NCBI GenBank assembly: GCA_964468255.1
Contig: CAYXTB010000001.1
Location: 1 to 58,714, forward strand
Length of the DNA: 58,714 bases
Reading direction: 5' to 3'
Origin: Candidatus Woesearchaeota archaeon
GTDB taxonomy: Archaea; Nanobdellota; Nanobdellia; Pacearchaeales; GW2011-AR1
Shown here: in pieces, positions 8,275 through 16,949 of the stretch
Layout of the letters: each line of letters starts with the position of its first letter
Position numbering within the stretch: position 1 is the stretch's first letter
The notes under the pieces: generated by a model
The model's database searches: none
The model's input: only the letters and a program-made list of their open reading frames with translations
Told to the model about the DNA's origin: nothing
Position numbers and translations under genes: made by a program

Positions 8275-8628
8275 ATGGGTGTCTTTCCGATGTTAGAAAA
8301 ATGGCTTAAAACTTTAGAAGAGAAGGAGAAAAGATTATTGCAAGAAGTGCCGAATTTGATTAGTGATACAAAAACTATTGATTTAGCCCAAAGGGAAATA
8401 AAAATAAACGCCCAATCATGTAGAAATTATCTTGAAAAACTTAGTAAAGAAAGCCCTTTTCCCCTCACAGATAAATTACGTGAAGTCCAAGAGATTTATG
8501 ATAAAAGTGAGAATGAGCATTATAGAGCGTTAACTAATCATATTAATGGTCATTTATGGCGTATGAATAAAGTTATTGAACAATTAAGGGAAGGCTGCTT
8601 TGAACCAGTATTTGCTCATAACTACTAA
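8275..8628 (+). CDS. hypothetical protein (helical / coiled-coil-like)
   Basis: 117-aa ORF on the opposite strand between nusA and rps12. No recognisable motifs. Confidence 0.45.
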   Translation: MGVFPMLEKWLKTLEEKEKRLLQEVPNLISDTKTIDLAQREIKINAQSCRNYLEKLSKESPFPLTDKLREVQEIYDKSENEHYRALTNHINGHLWRMNKVIEQLREGCFEPVFAHNY

Positions 8629-8686
8629 TACAAGTAATTAATACGACTAACTCTAATCAATCCTAACCGCTTGTTAATTCCTAAAT

Positions 8687-9103
8687 CTAAATAACCCTTA
8701 GCTCCAAGCCAAAAGTATTCTTTAAAATTTCCTTTAATTCTTCAAACCTTTTCTTTTCCCTGCCAAGAAGCATTGCTTTATTTTGCATGCTTCCTGCCAT
8801 GATTATTATTTCCTTATCTCCCAATTCCAGAGACCTAAACTGCACAGGGCTTACAATATCTCTAATAAATCTTTCTGCATCTGAAATTCCAGATGCCTCT
8901 TTTATTATTTTGACTTTCTTGCCTAATTTTTCTTGTATATATCTGACATTTGACGCATTTACACCGATAGCTTTTGAAACCAAAAATCCAGGAACTGCAA
9001 ATATAATTATTCCTTTATACATGAAGCATTTGCTTGTCTTTACCCTTGACTTTTCATCAAGCAAATTTATATAACGAATAGTTTGTAAGTCTAGAACTGC
9101 CAT
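8687..9103 (-). CDS. nusA: archaeal NusA-like KH-domain transcription termination/antitermination protein
   Basis: 138 aa, the size and composition of archaeal two-KH NusA. It lies at the conserved position between rpoA and rps12. Confidence 0.8.
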   Translation of the reverse strand: MAVLDLQTIRYINLLDEKSRVKTSKCFMYKGIIIFAVPGFLVSKAIGVNASNVRYIQEKLGKKVKIIKEASGISDAERFIRDIVSPVQFRSLELGDKEIIIMAGSMQNKAMLLGREKKRFEELKEILKNTFGLELRVI

Positions 9104-9415
9104 CTTCTTTTATAATTCTCTTTCTTTGAAGAAGTTTATAAACCTTGTTATCTTTTATGCTGGTTGAGGTGCAGGAATTGGCTTTGCTTTGTACTTGTCA
9201 GCCACTTCAGCTAGTTTTTCCAAGCCTTTTTTTTAACTTCTATATTCTCGCTATAGCAATAAAGTCCACTTAAAGCACCACCTATTAACCAAAGATATTC
9301 ATTTTTTCTACAAGTAAAGCCCCTTTCATTATTAAGCCATCAATAGCATCATAGGATTTTCAGATTATATTTGTCATAGAAAAATTAGCCTAATTTTATA
9401 TTTAAACATTTGTAA

Positions 9416-12400
9416 CTATTTTGCCTTAGCCTTTTTCTTTTCAAGCTTTGGGTTTACCAAAGGTCCAGTAACTTCAACTAACAGGCCAGGAAGCCCAGTT
9501 CCAACAGGAATTGGTTGGTTTAACAAGATATTTTCAATTACAGAGCTTAACTCATCTCTTGCTCCTTGTATTGTCGCATTAATGAATTGCTTGTCAGGAG
9601 TTTCAAAAGTTGCCCTGGCAAGAACGCTTGCTTTATCAGAAATAATCCCCATTCTTGTTACTCCCTTTACAATTCCAGAAGAAGTCATTGCATCTGCTAC
9701 TAACTTCAAATGCCTCTTATCTATATCAAGGCCTTGAGACTCAATTACTTTCTTGATTTCATTTATTATTATCTGTCTTGCTGCTTCTATTCCAAGAACA
9801 TTTGCAACGTCATGTATATCATTTGACAAAATCCTTTCTCTATCAATGCCTTTCACTTCCATTATATCTTTCAAGTTTGAGCCAGACGTCAAAATTACAT
9901 AATCTTTGCCTCTGCTTGCAATAACTACTTGAGTAACTTTCTTTACTCCGGATATTATTGTTTCCTTCATTTTTTCCTTCAGCTTGTAAATTGCTTTAAA
10001 ATCCAAGTCAACAACGTTAACTGTTATTTTTAAGTCATTTCCTTTTACACTGAATCCTTTTTCCTGTAATCTCTCAACTATTCTTTGCGGCCCAATATGA
10101 ACACTCTTTATCGCCTTATTATCAAGCAAAATTTCAATTTTTTTGTTTGCAAAATCTATCTTTATTTCATTTATTATCTCTTTTAGCTTCATTTCTTTGA
10201 TTTTTTCTGCTATTATTTTGGATTCCTTTTCATTATTGTATTCTTTTTCAAGGTAAATTTCCATTTGGGGTGTTGAAGGCTGTTTTCTTGCATCAAGAAT
10301 CTCAATTAGTCTTGGCAATCCTAAAGTTATTTGTACTTGCGCAACTCCAGCATGATGAAATACATTTAATACCATTTGAGTTGAGGCCTCCCCAAAGCTC
10401 TGGGCAGTAATCACTCCCACGCACTCTCCTGCAGGAATTTTATTGTCTTTTAGATGCAGTTTTGAAATATCTTTTCCATCTTCTCCGTAAATAAATTGCA
10501 CCACATTTTCTGACGCATCTCTTACAGTTCCATCATAAGCAACCTTTAAGTCTTGCAAAGCAGAAACTAATCTTCTATACAAATATCCGGACTTTGGAGT
10601 TCTCAAAGCAGTATCCATTAAGGAATCCCTTCCAGTAATGGCTCCAAAGAAGAACTCGCTTGGCTTCAAACCTTTAAAGTAAGATGACTTTATGAATCCA
10701 TGCGCCTCTGCTCCTATATCATCTTTTTTGAAGAATGAAAGCGTCCGGTCATTATATCCAAAATTAATTCTCTTGTTCCATAAAGATTGTTGCCCTACAC
10801 AGCACGCTATTTGAGTTATATTAAGCATACTTCCAGAAGCTTTTGAATTTATCATTTTGCTTACATTTCCATCTGCCGGGAAATACTGCTGAACAACTTT
10901 TCCTATTTCAGTTATGACTTCATTTAATACCTGCAAGATTTTAATTTCCATTGTTTCCTCAAGAGTTTCTCCAGGAAGGTGATTCATTTTTCCTTCCTCA
11001 TATTCTTTTACTAATTCATACGTCTCCTTCTCGGCCTGCTCTAAAATTTCAGATGTTATTTTCTTTACTTTATCAGATACATTTAAGTCTTGAACTGATA
11101 AAGTGTATCCTTTTCTTGACAAATGAAGGGCCCCAAGAATAAATGCTCTATTTATTGATTCAACTGTTGCCTCTCTCCCAAATTCTTTATCAATTATCTT
11201 TATCATCTCTCCTTCTTCTGCGCCGAATGAATTACTTGCAGTTATTTCATTAGGAATCCTTATGCTCGAGCCTTTTGGAATAATTTGGGCAAAAACTTCT
11301 CTTCCATCAATTTCTTTGCTTTTAATAGAATTAATAACTCCTGATGCATACAAAAGCTGGTCAGCCTCCATTTTGACTATCTTCTCTTTTCCTAAAATAT
11401 AAGCTCCAGTGATAGAATCAGCTATTGTGCCGACAAGATTTATATTATTTTTAGAAGAAATAATATTCTGATTTACATTTAGCAATATTTTCGCTTCTGC
11501 TTTTGCCTCTTCTGTCTGTGGGCTGTGAATATTCATGGCGTCTCCGTCATAATCAGCATTATAAGGGAAGGCAGCTGCAGGATGAAGCCTAAATGTCCTA
11601 TGAGGTAAAACCCTTGTATAATGAGTCATAAGGCTTTGCTTATGCAGGCTCGGATGTCTATTGAAAAGCACAATATCGTCATCTCTTAAATGCCTCTCAA
11701 CTTTATATCCAGGCCGTAACTCATTGCAAAGCTCTTCTTTCAATTCCTCTGTCACCCTTTTTCTCTTCCCATCAGGTCTTATAACATAATTAGCCCCAGG
11801 ATATTTTTCTCCCTGCTTGATAAGAAATTTCATTTCATCTATGTTCAATGAAGTAACAGTCTCGGCAACTGTAATTATCTTTGCAACTTCAAATGGAACT
11901 CCAACTTCATTTATCTTAATAAAAGGGTCAGGAGAAATGACTGTTCTTGCAGAATAATTAACTCTCTTTCCAGCAAGATTATGCCTAATCCTGCCTTCTT
12001 TGCCTTTTATTCTCTCTGTAATTGTTTTTAATGGCTGCCCAGACCTATGTCTTGCAGGAGGAATTCTTGAAATATTATTGTCAAAAAATGTTGTTATATG
12101 GTATTGCAATAAATCCCACAAGTCTTCTATGATTACCTCTGGAGCTCCTGCATTCAAGTTCTCCCATAGTCTTTGATTTGATCTTATAATGTCAGAAAGC
12201 TTATGAGTTAAATCGTCTTCACTTCTCTCTCCAGTATCTAAGGTAATTGAAGGCCTTACGGTTACAGAAGGTACAAGAAGCAGGGATAAGACAGCCCATT
12301 CAGGTCTGCACGTTTTAGGATTAACTCCTATTTTTTTCAATTCGTCATCTGGAATCAAAACAAGCCTGTCCCTTGCGTCAATCGAATTCAATCTTTTTTT

Positions 12401-12859
12401 TCCAAGCATAAATGTGCTGGGCTTCTCAAGTTTTACTCTTTCTATATTTTCAGAGCAATGAGGGCATCTCTTTGCGTCTCTTGCCTTCTTTGCTCTTAAT
12501 ACAGGATTTAATTCTTTCTGCTTTTCATCACTTAAAGTCAGTTTTCCGCATTTTGGGCAGAAACTTCTCAAGCATAATTCAATTAGAGGAATATATTTTA
12601 TGTGCAAAACCGGCCTTGCAAGCTCAATAGAGCCAGAATGTCCAGGGCATTCCTTAACTCTTTTTCCGCAAGTTCTGCATCTAACTCCAGGATCAATTGC
12701 TCCAAGCCTTAAATCCATCAATCCTCCATCAACAGGAAATCCATCAATATCATAAAGTTCAGGAGTTACAATTTTTGCCGTGCTAAGCTTCTTAATTTTC
12801 TCCGGGCTAAGCAGGGAAAATCTTAATGCCTTTACCTGTTTTCTGAAATGAACTTCCAT
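9416..12859 (-). CDS. rpoA: DNA-directed RNA polymerase subunit A, with A' and A'' parts fused in one ORF
   Basis: One uninterrupted 1147-aa ORF. A'-type motifs are the zinc ribbon CRTCGKRVKECPGH, RHPSLH, and the catalytic loop NADYDGDAMN at 11531-11560. A''-type trigger-loop motifs are GEASTQMVLNVFHHAGVA and TLGLPRLIEI. Confidence 0.95.
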   Translation of the reverse strand: MEVHFRKQVKALRFSLLSPEKIKKLSTAKIVTPELYDIDGFPVDGGLMDLRLGAIDPGVRCRTCGKRVKECPGHSGSIELARPVLHIKYIPLIELCLRSFCPKCGKLTLSDEKQKELNPVLRAKKARDAKRCPHCSENIERVKLEKPSTFMLGKKRLNSIDARDRLVLIPDDELKKIGVNPKTCRPEWAVLSLLLVPSVTVRPSITLDTGERSEDDLTHKLSDIIRSNQRLWENLNAGAPEVIIEDLWDLLQYHITTFFDNNISRIPPARHRSGQPLKTITERIKGKEGRIRHNLAGKRVNYSARTVISPDPFIKINEVGVPFEVAKIITVAETVTSLNIDEMKFLIKQGEKYPGANYVIRPDGKRKRVTEELKEELCNELRPGYKVERHLRDDDIVLFNRHPSLHKQSLMTHYTRVLPHRTFRLHPAAAFPYNADYDGDAMNIHSPQTEEAKAEAKILLNVNQNIISSKNNINLVGTIADSITGAYILGKEKIVKMEADQLLYASGVINSIKSKEIDGREVFAQIIPKGSSIRIPNEITASNSFGAEEGEMIKIIDKEFGREATVESINRAFILGALHLSRKGYTLSVQDLNVSDKVKKITSEILEQAEKETYELVKEYEEGKMNHLPGETLEETMEIKILQVLNEVITEIGKVVQQYFPADGNVSKMINSKASGSMLNITQIACCVGQQSLWNKRINFGYNDRTLSFFKKDDIGAEAHGFIKSSYFKGLKPSEFFFGAITGRDSLMDTALRTPKSGYLYRRLVSALQDLKVAYDGTVRDASENVVQFIYGEDGKDISKLHLKDNKIPAGECVGVITAQSFGEASTQMVLNVFHHAGVAQVQITLGLPRLIEILDARKQPSTPQMEIYLEKEYNNEKESKIIAEKIKEMKLKEIINEIKIDFANKKIEILLDNKAIKSVHIGPQRIVERLQEKGFSVKGNDLKITVNVVDLDFKAIYKLKEKMKETIISGVKKVTQVVIASRGKDYVILTSGSNLKDIMEVKGIDRERILSNDIHDVANVLGIEAARQIIINEIKKVIESQGLDIDKRHLKLVADAMTSSGIVKGVTRMGIISDKASVLARATFETPDKQFINATIQGARDELSSVIENILLNQPIPVGTGLPGLLVEVTGPLVNPKLEKKKAKAK

Positions 12860-12861
12860 TT

Positions 12862-12975
12862 TTAATTATTTTCTATCTTTGGTGTTAAAAGACTTTCAAT
12901 AGTATTTATTACGATAGATCGTCTTTCATCTTTTCCATGCAATTTTTTTATTAATTCATCAATATCTATTTTCAT
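12862..12975 (-). CDS. small ORF (37 aa) embedded between rpoB and rpoA
   Basis: Hand translation gives MKIDIDELIKKLHGKDERRSIVINTIESLLTPKIENN-stop. Its ATG is 1 nt after the stop of ORF 12977-13303, and its stop is 2 nt before the rpoA ATG. It falls below the ORF-track length cutoff. Confidence 0.4.
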   Translation of the reverse strand: MKIDIDELIKKLHGKDERRSIVINTIESLLTPKIENN

Positions 12976-12976
12976 G

Positions 12977-13303
12977 TTATGCTCTCCTCACAACAAACAT
13001 AGGATGATTGACTATTTCATCAATTGTTCCATATAAAATAACTCTTTTTCCAAAAACATCAATAATTCCTCCCAAACATCTGAATCTCTGATGTACTCCA
13101 TAATTTTCTACTAATCTCTTTTTAAGTTCTTCTTGGCTATTATCATGATCAAGATAACTATATGTGTCTTCCGAACCTTCTCCTACAGCTATATTAGATT
13201 GACCAAATCTTTTTCTATACGTAGTTTCATTAACTACAACAGCGTTCCACGCTTTTTCTGCCCTGCTTGCTAAAGTTTTAGCATCTATATTTTCTTTTGT
13301 CAT
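12977..13303 (-). CDS. hypothetical protein (108 aa) embedded between rpoB and rpoA
   Basis: The ATG at 13303 lies 2 nt after the rpoB stop codon (13306-13308). The gene is on the same strand and tightly packed. No recognisable motifs. Confidence 0.65.
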   Translation of the reverse strand: MTKENIDAKTLASRAEKAWNAVVVNETTYRKRFGQSNIAVGEGSEDTYSYLDHDNSQEELKKRLVENYGVHQRFRCLGGIIDVFGKRVILYGTIDEIVNHPMFVVRRA

Positions 13304-13305
13304 GT

Positions 13306-16300
13306 TTATTGCTCAAATTTATTTTTTAATTCAAACGTAGTATGAATTCCAAGGCCAAGAAGCTCATCAACTAAAAGCTTAAAGGCATATGAAATCTCAA
13401 TTGGCTCTGTCTCGTTGCTTGAGCATATAGAGCAGGTAACTTTATTTCTGATTGTATCTTCATATGTCATGTTTCCGCATTCTTTGCATACATAAATAGT
13501 TGTCTTGTCAGAATCATATCTCTCTTTTAGAAGCAAAGATGCTCCATGTCCTACTAATGCCTGCTGCTCCATTTCTCCTAATCTTAGTGCGCCTCCTCTT
13601 GATCTTCCTTCAACAGGCTGCCTTGTCAAAAGAGTAACTTTTCCAGATGCTCTTGCGTGCAGAACATTTTTAACCATATATTTAAGCTTAAGATAATACA
13701 TATTTCCAATGTAGATTTTAACGCTCATTTTCTTGCCGGTGATTCCATTATACATTGTTTCCTTTCCGTCATATGACATCCCAAGCTCTCTTAATTGAGA
13801 TTCTAATTCTTCAATGCTCGCCCCCGAAAATGGAGTTCCATCAATAATTTTTCCTGTGGTTGTAGCTGCCTTGCTAGCAAGAAGCTCCATAAGATATCCG
13901 ACGCTCATTCTGCTTGGGATACCATGAGGGTTAAACATTAAATCAGGCTTTATTCCTCTTGAAGTGAAAGGAATATCTTCTGAATCAGCTATTAATCCCA
14001 CAACTCCCTTCTGTCCGTGAGGAGCTGAGAATTTATCTCCAGGCTCAGGCAATCTACTATCTCTCGTTCTAGCCTGCGCAACTTTGTTTCCTTCTTGGTC
14101 AACTGTGATAAATACAGCATCTAATGTGCCTCTTTCTTCTTGCCTTATTGCCGAGCTTGCTTCTTTCTTTGACTGAATATTAATGTCCTTGGCTTCACTT
14201 AAGAATTTAGGGGGAGTGATCTTGCCTATTACAACATCTCCTTCGCTCATATCTGCTTCAGGGTATGCAATGCCGTCATCCTCTAAAAATCTGTATGAAT
14301 TTTCAGTTCTGTATCCGGAGACATCCTTTTCAGGTATAACAATTTCGTCTGACAAGCCTCCTGCATATTGCAATTCTGTCGCTCCATAAGGCCTGAAATA
14401 TGTGCTTCTTCCCATGCCTCTGTCAACACTCGCCCTGCTTAATACAACTGCATCTCCCATGTTATATCCTTCAAATGGCATTATCGCAACAACTAAATTC
14501 TGTCCAGCAGGATAGACTTTAAGAGTGTCATAAAGAAAGCTTCTCACAATTGGCTTTTGAGGATAGTGTAATATAGAAACATCTGTATCTAATCTCACTA
14601 AATAATTAGCAGAGTAAATGCCAAGGCTCTGTTTTAAGGTCTTGCTTCCCTTATTTAATCTTGAAGACTGATCATGATTTGCAAAAGGCACTAGCCCTGT
14701 GATTAATCCAAAAACATCTATCAAATCAACTTCAAGATGAGTATGCTCTTTTGTTATTTCGTCTGCTGCCAATGTAGTTAAGGCATTGTCCTCTTCTGCA
14801 GCATCAATATATTCAATCACCCCTTCATTTACAAGGTCTGTCCACTTCATCTTATTATTTTCAAGCAAAACAAGATGCTCATCTTTCAGCTTGCTTGCTC
14901 CATCTTCAACAACAATTAAAGGCCTTAGAACTCTACCAACTTCACTTGACATAGTTATCTGATCAAGGAACTTATCATTCCTAACACTCAACTCTTTTGG
15001 AAGCTCTCCATTTCTCCTCAATTTTCTAACATTTTTAGCAAATTCCTCCGGATTTTCTACAAAACCTATAAACCTTCCATTGAAGAAAACATCTTTTCCT
15101 TTTTCCTTATTGACTCCAAGTTCTCCGAATTTCTTCATTACATCTGATTCATTAAATTCAACTGCAGTTGATATTTTTGCTAAGATGGCTAGATTTTTTC
15201 TTAATCCAATTTCAGTTCCTTCTGGAGTTTCAGTAGGGCAGAATCTTCCATAATGTGTAGGATGCAAAGTCCTTGCCATGAAATTTTCCTGCTCTCCAGG
15301 AAGCATTGAAGAAACCCTCTGCAATTGTGAAAGCATTGCAAGATAGTTTGTCTTGTCCATGTTTTGAGTTACTCCGGATCTCTCTCCAATCCAGCTGCCT
15401 GTAGCTATGGCACTTTCAATCCTATGTGTAAATAAAGTGGACTTTGCAATTGTCTTTATAGAATAAAATTTCTTTCTCTTTGCAACTTTCTGCAATGAAT
15501 ACTGGATATCCCTTATTAATATTCCAATATTGACTCTGAATAAATCAGCCATTAAATCTCCAGATAATTTAACTCTCTTGTTTGCATAATGGTCTTTATC
15601 TGTTCTTATTTTTTCATTTTCCTTTGACCTTAAATAAAGCCTGACTAATCTGCATAAAGTAAGAGCTTTTTCAGCTCTGGATGCTTTTTCTAAACCTATA
15701 TGAGGAAGGAAAAATGAATCTATTCTTTGTTTCACTCTGTCCAATATTTCCTTTTTTGTTCCCTGAATTCCTGATTTCTCCGCTATATACACCATTGCAT
15801 CTTCAGCGCTCTGGATCCCAGAAAACTCATAAAGATTGACTATTAGGCAATCATTTTCATGCCCTATATTCTTGGCAATTTCAAATTCTTTTATCAAGCC
15901 AAGAGCTTTTAAGACAACTATAGCAGGAATATTTTTTATTCTGCTGAAGCTTAATTCCAATATCCCTTCTGATGTTTCTGATATTGTTGTCGGGATTCTG
16001 TAAGAGCCTCTTTGCGAGAATACTCTCAAAGTCAGGCCAAGCCTTCCTTCCTCGATAAATGGCTGATTAGCTGCTAAGTCCTCTGACATAACCATAACCC
16101 TCTCATTTCCGTTAATTATAAAATATCCTCCAGGATCAAGAGGATCCATAAAATTCTCTCTCAATTCATCCCTATTCATTCCATATGTGTTGCATACAGC
16201 GCTTCTTACCATTACTGGAATTCTCCCAATCTCAACTTCAGAGCTGTCGGTCTGCCCGCCATATTTTATAGTCAGCTCAACAAAAACAGGCGCAGAATAA

Positions 16301-16554
16301 GTTAAGCTTCTTAGCCTAGCTATTGCCGGAGTGATTTTGCTGCTGCTTCCGTCAGACTCTACGATATTAGGCTTTTCAATTCTGACTTTGCCAATCCTTA
16401 TTTCAACCTCTTCATTATTTATAGAATTGTTAATTTCATTGACTATCTGCTGCATTCTCTTATTTATGAAATCATTGAAAGAAATAATATTAGATTCAAC
16501 TAAAGAGTGCTGTTCAATATATTTTTTTACGAGTGTATTTTTTAGTTTTTGCAT
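13306..16554 (-). CDS. rpoB: DNA-directed RNA polymerase subunit B (unsplit)
   Basis: 1082 aa. It has the GDKFSAPHGQKGV block and a C-terminal zinc ribbon (CKECGNM...CSICS), and is collinear with archaeal RpoB / Rpb2. Confidence 0.97.
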   Translation of the reverse strand: MQKLKNTLVKKYIEQHSLVESNIISFNDFINKRMQQIVNEINNSINNEEVEIRIGKVRIEKPNIVESDGSSSKITPAIARLRSLTYSAPVFVELTIKYGGQTDSSEVEIGRIPVMVRSAVCNTYGMNRDELRENFMDPLDPGGYFIINGNERVMVMSEDLAANQPFIEEGRLGLTLRVFSQRGSYRIPTTISETSEGILELSFSRIKNIPAIVVLKALGLIKEFEIAKNIGHENDCLIVNLYEFSGIQSAEDAMVYIAEKSGIQGTKKEILDRVKQRIDSFFLPHIGLEKASRAEKALTLCRLVRLYLRSKENEKIRTDKDHYANKRVKLSGDLMADLFRVNIGILIRDIQYSLQKVAKRKKFYSIKTIAKSTLFTHRIESAIATGSWIGERSGVTQNMDKTNYLAMLSQLQRVSSMLPGEQENFMARTLHPTHYGRFCPTETPEGTEIGLRKNLAILAKISTAVEFNESDVMKKFGELGVNKEKGKDVFFNGRFIGFVENPEEFAKNVRKLRRNGELPKELSVRNDKFLDQITMSSEVGRVLRPLIVVEDGASKLKDEHLVLLENNKMKWTDLVNEGVIEYIDAAEEDNALTTLAADEITKEHTHLEVDLIDVFGLITGLVPFANHDQSSRLNKGSKTLKQSLGIYSANYLVRLDTDVSILHYPQKPIVRSFLYDTLKVYPAGQNLVVAIMPFEGYNMGDAVVLSRASVDRGMGRSTYFRPYGATELQYAGGLSDEIVIPEKDVSGYRTENSYRFLEDDGIAYPEADMSEGDVVIGKITPPKFLSEAKDINIQSKKEASSAIRQEERGTLDAVFITVDQEGNKVAQARTRDSRLPEPGDKFSAPHGQKGVVGLIADSEDIPFTSRGIKPDLMFNPHGIPSRMSVGYLMELLASKAATTTGKIIDGTPFSGASIEELESQLRELGMSYDGKETMYNGITGKKMSVKIYIGNMYYLKLKYMVKNVLHARASGKVTLLTRQPVEGRSRGGALRLGEMEQQALVGHGASLLLKERYDSDKTTIYVCKECGNMTYEDTIRNKVTCSICSSNETEPIEISYAFKLLVDELLGLGIHTTFELKNKFEQ

Positions 16555-16559
16555 TATTT

Positions 16560-16766
16560 TTAAGCTACAATCCTGAAATAAACATTTATTTTGTCTTCGT
16601 CTTTTCTTTCAATCTTAACTATATCTCCCTGCTCGTATCCTTCCGGAATTACAGGATCATCTTTCTTTATTTTTGGCAATTGTGAGATAGAAATGTTATA
16701 CTTTTCCAGTAACTGCTTCGCCTCATTTAGCTTCAGTTTGGTATGTTTTGGCTGTAGGATATGCAT
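16560..16766 (-). CDS. rpoH: DNA-directed RNA polymerase subunit H (Rpb5 C-terminal homologue)
   Basis: 68 aa. The motifs HILQPKHTKL, ISQLPKI, DPV and GDIVKIER are typical of RpoH. The gene lies 5 nt upstream of rpoB. Confidence 0.9.
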   Translation of the reverse strand: MHILQPKHTKLKLNEAKQLLEKYNISISQLPKIKKDDPVIPEGYEQGDIVKIERKDEDKINVYFRIVA

Positions 16767-16949
16767 CTTAGGATTTTTTATTTAGTTAAATTGCGATACC
16801 TAGCAGTACAATTAGCTAAATATAGGCAATATGAAAATTTACAAAACTGCCCTTTTAAACCTTTCGTAGATGTTAAGTCCAATATCAAACTTAATTATTG
16901 AGAAAGCTAATATAATTATTGCAAGCCAAATTTTCATAATTTTTGCTTT

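Noticed and set aside
9104-9415. Calling an rpl30e pseudogene in the rpoA-nusA gap
   Set aside because: The fragmentary frames show only vague resemblance to L30e. The region is kept as a question in the findings rather than annotated as a pseudogene.
16842-16937. 32-codon hydrophobic minus-strand mini-ORF between rpoH and the subtilase gene
   Set aside because: It is too short and there is no supporting signal. It probably lies within the rpoH promoter/intergenic region.
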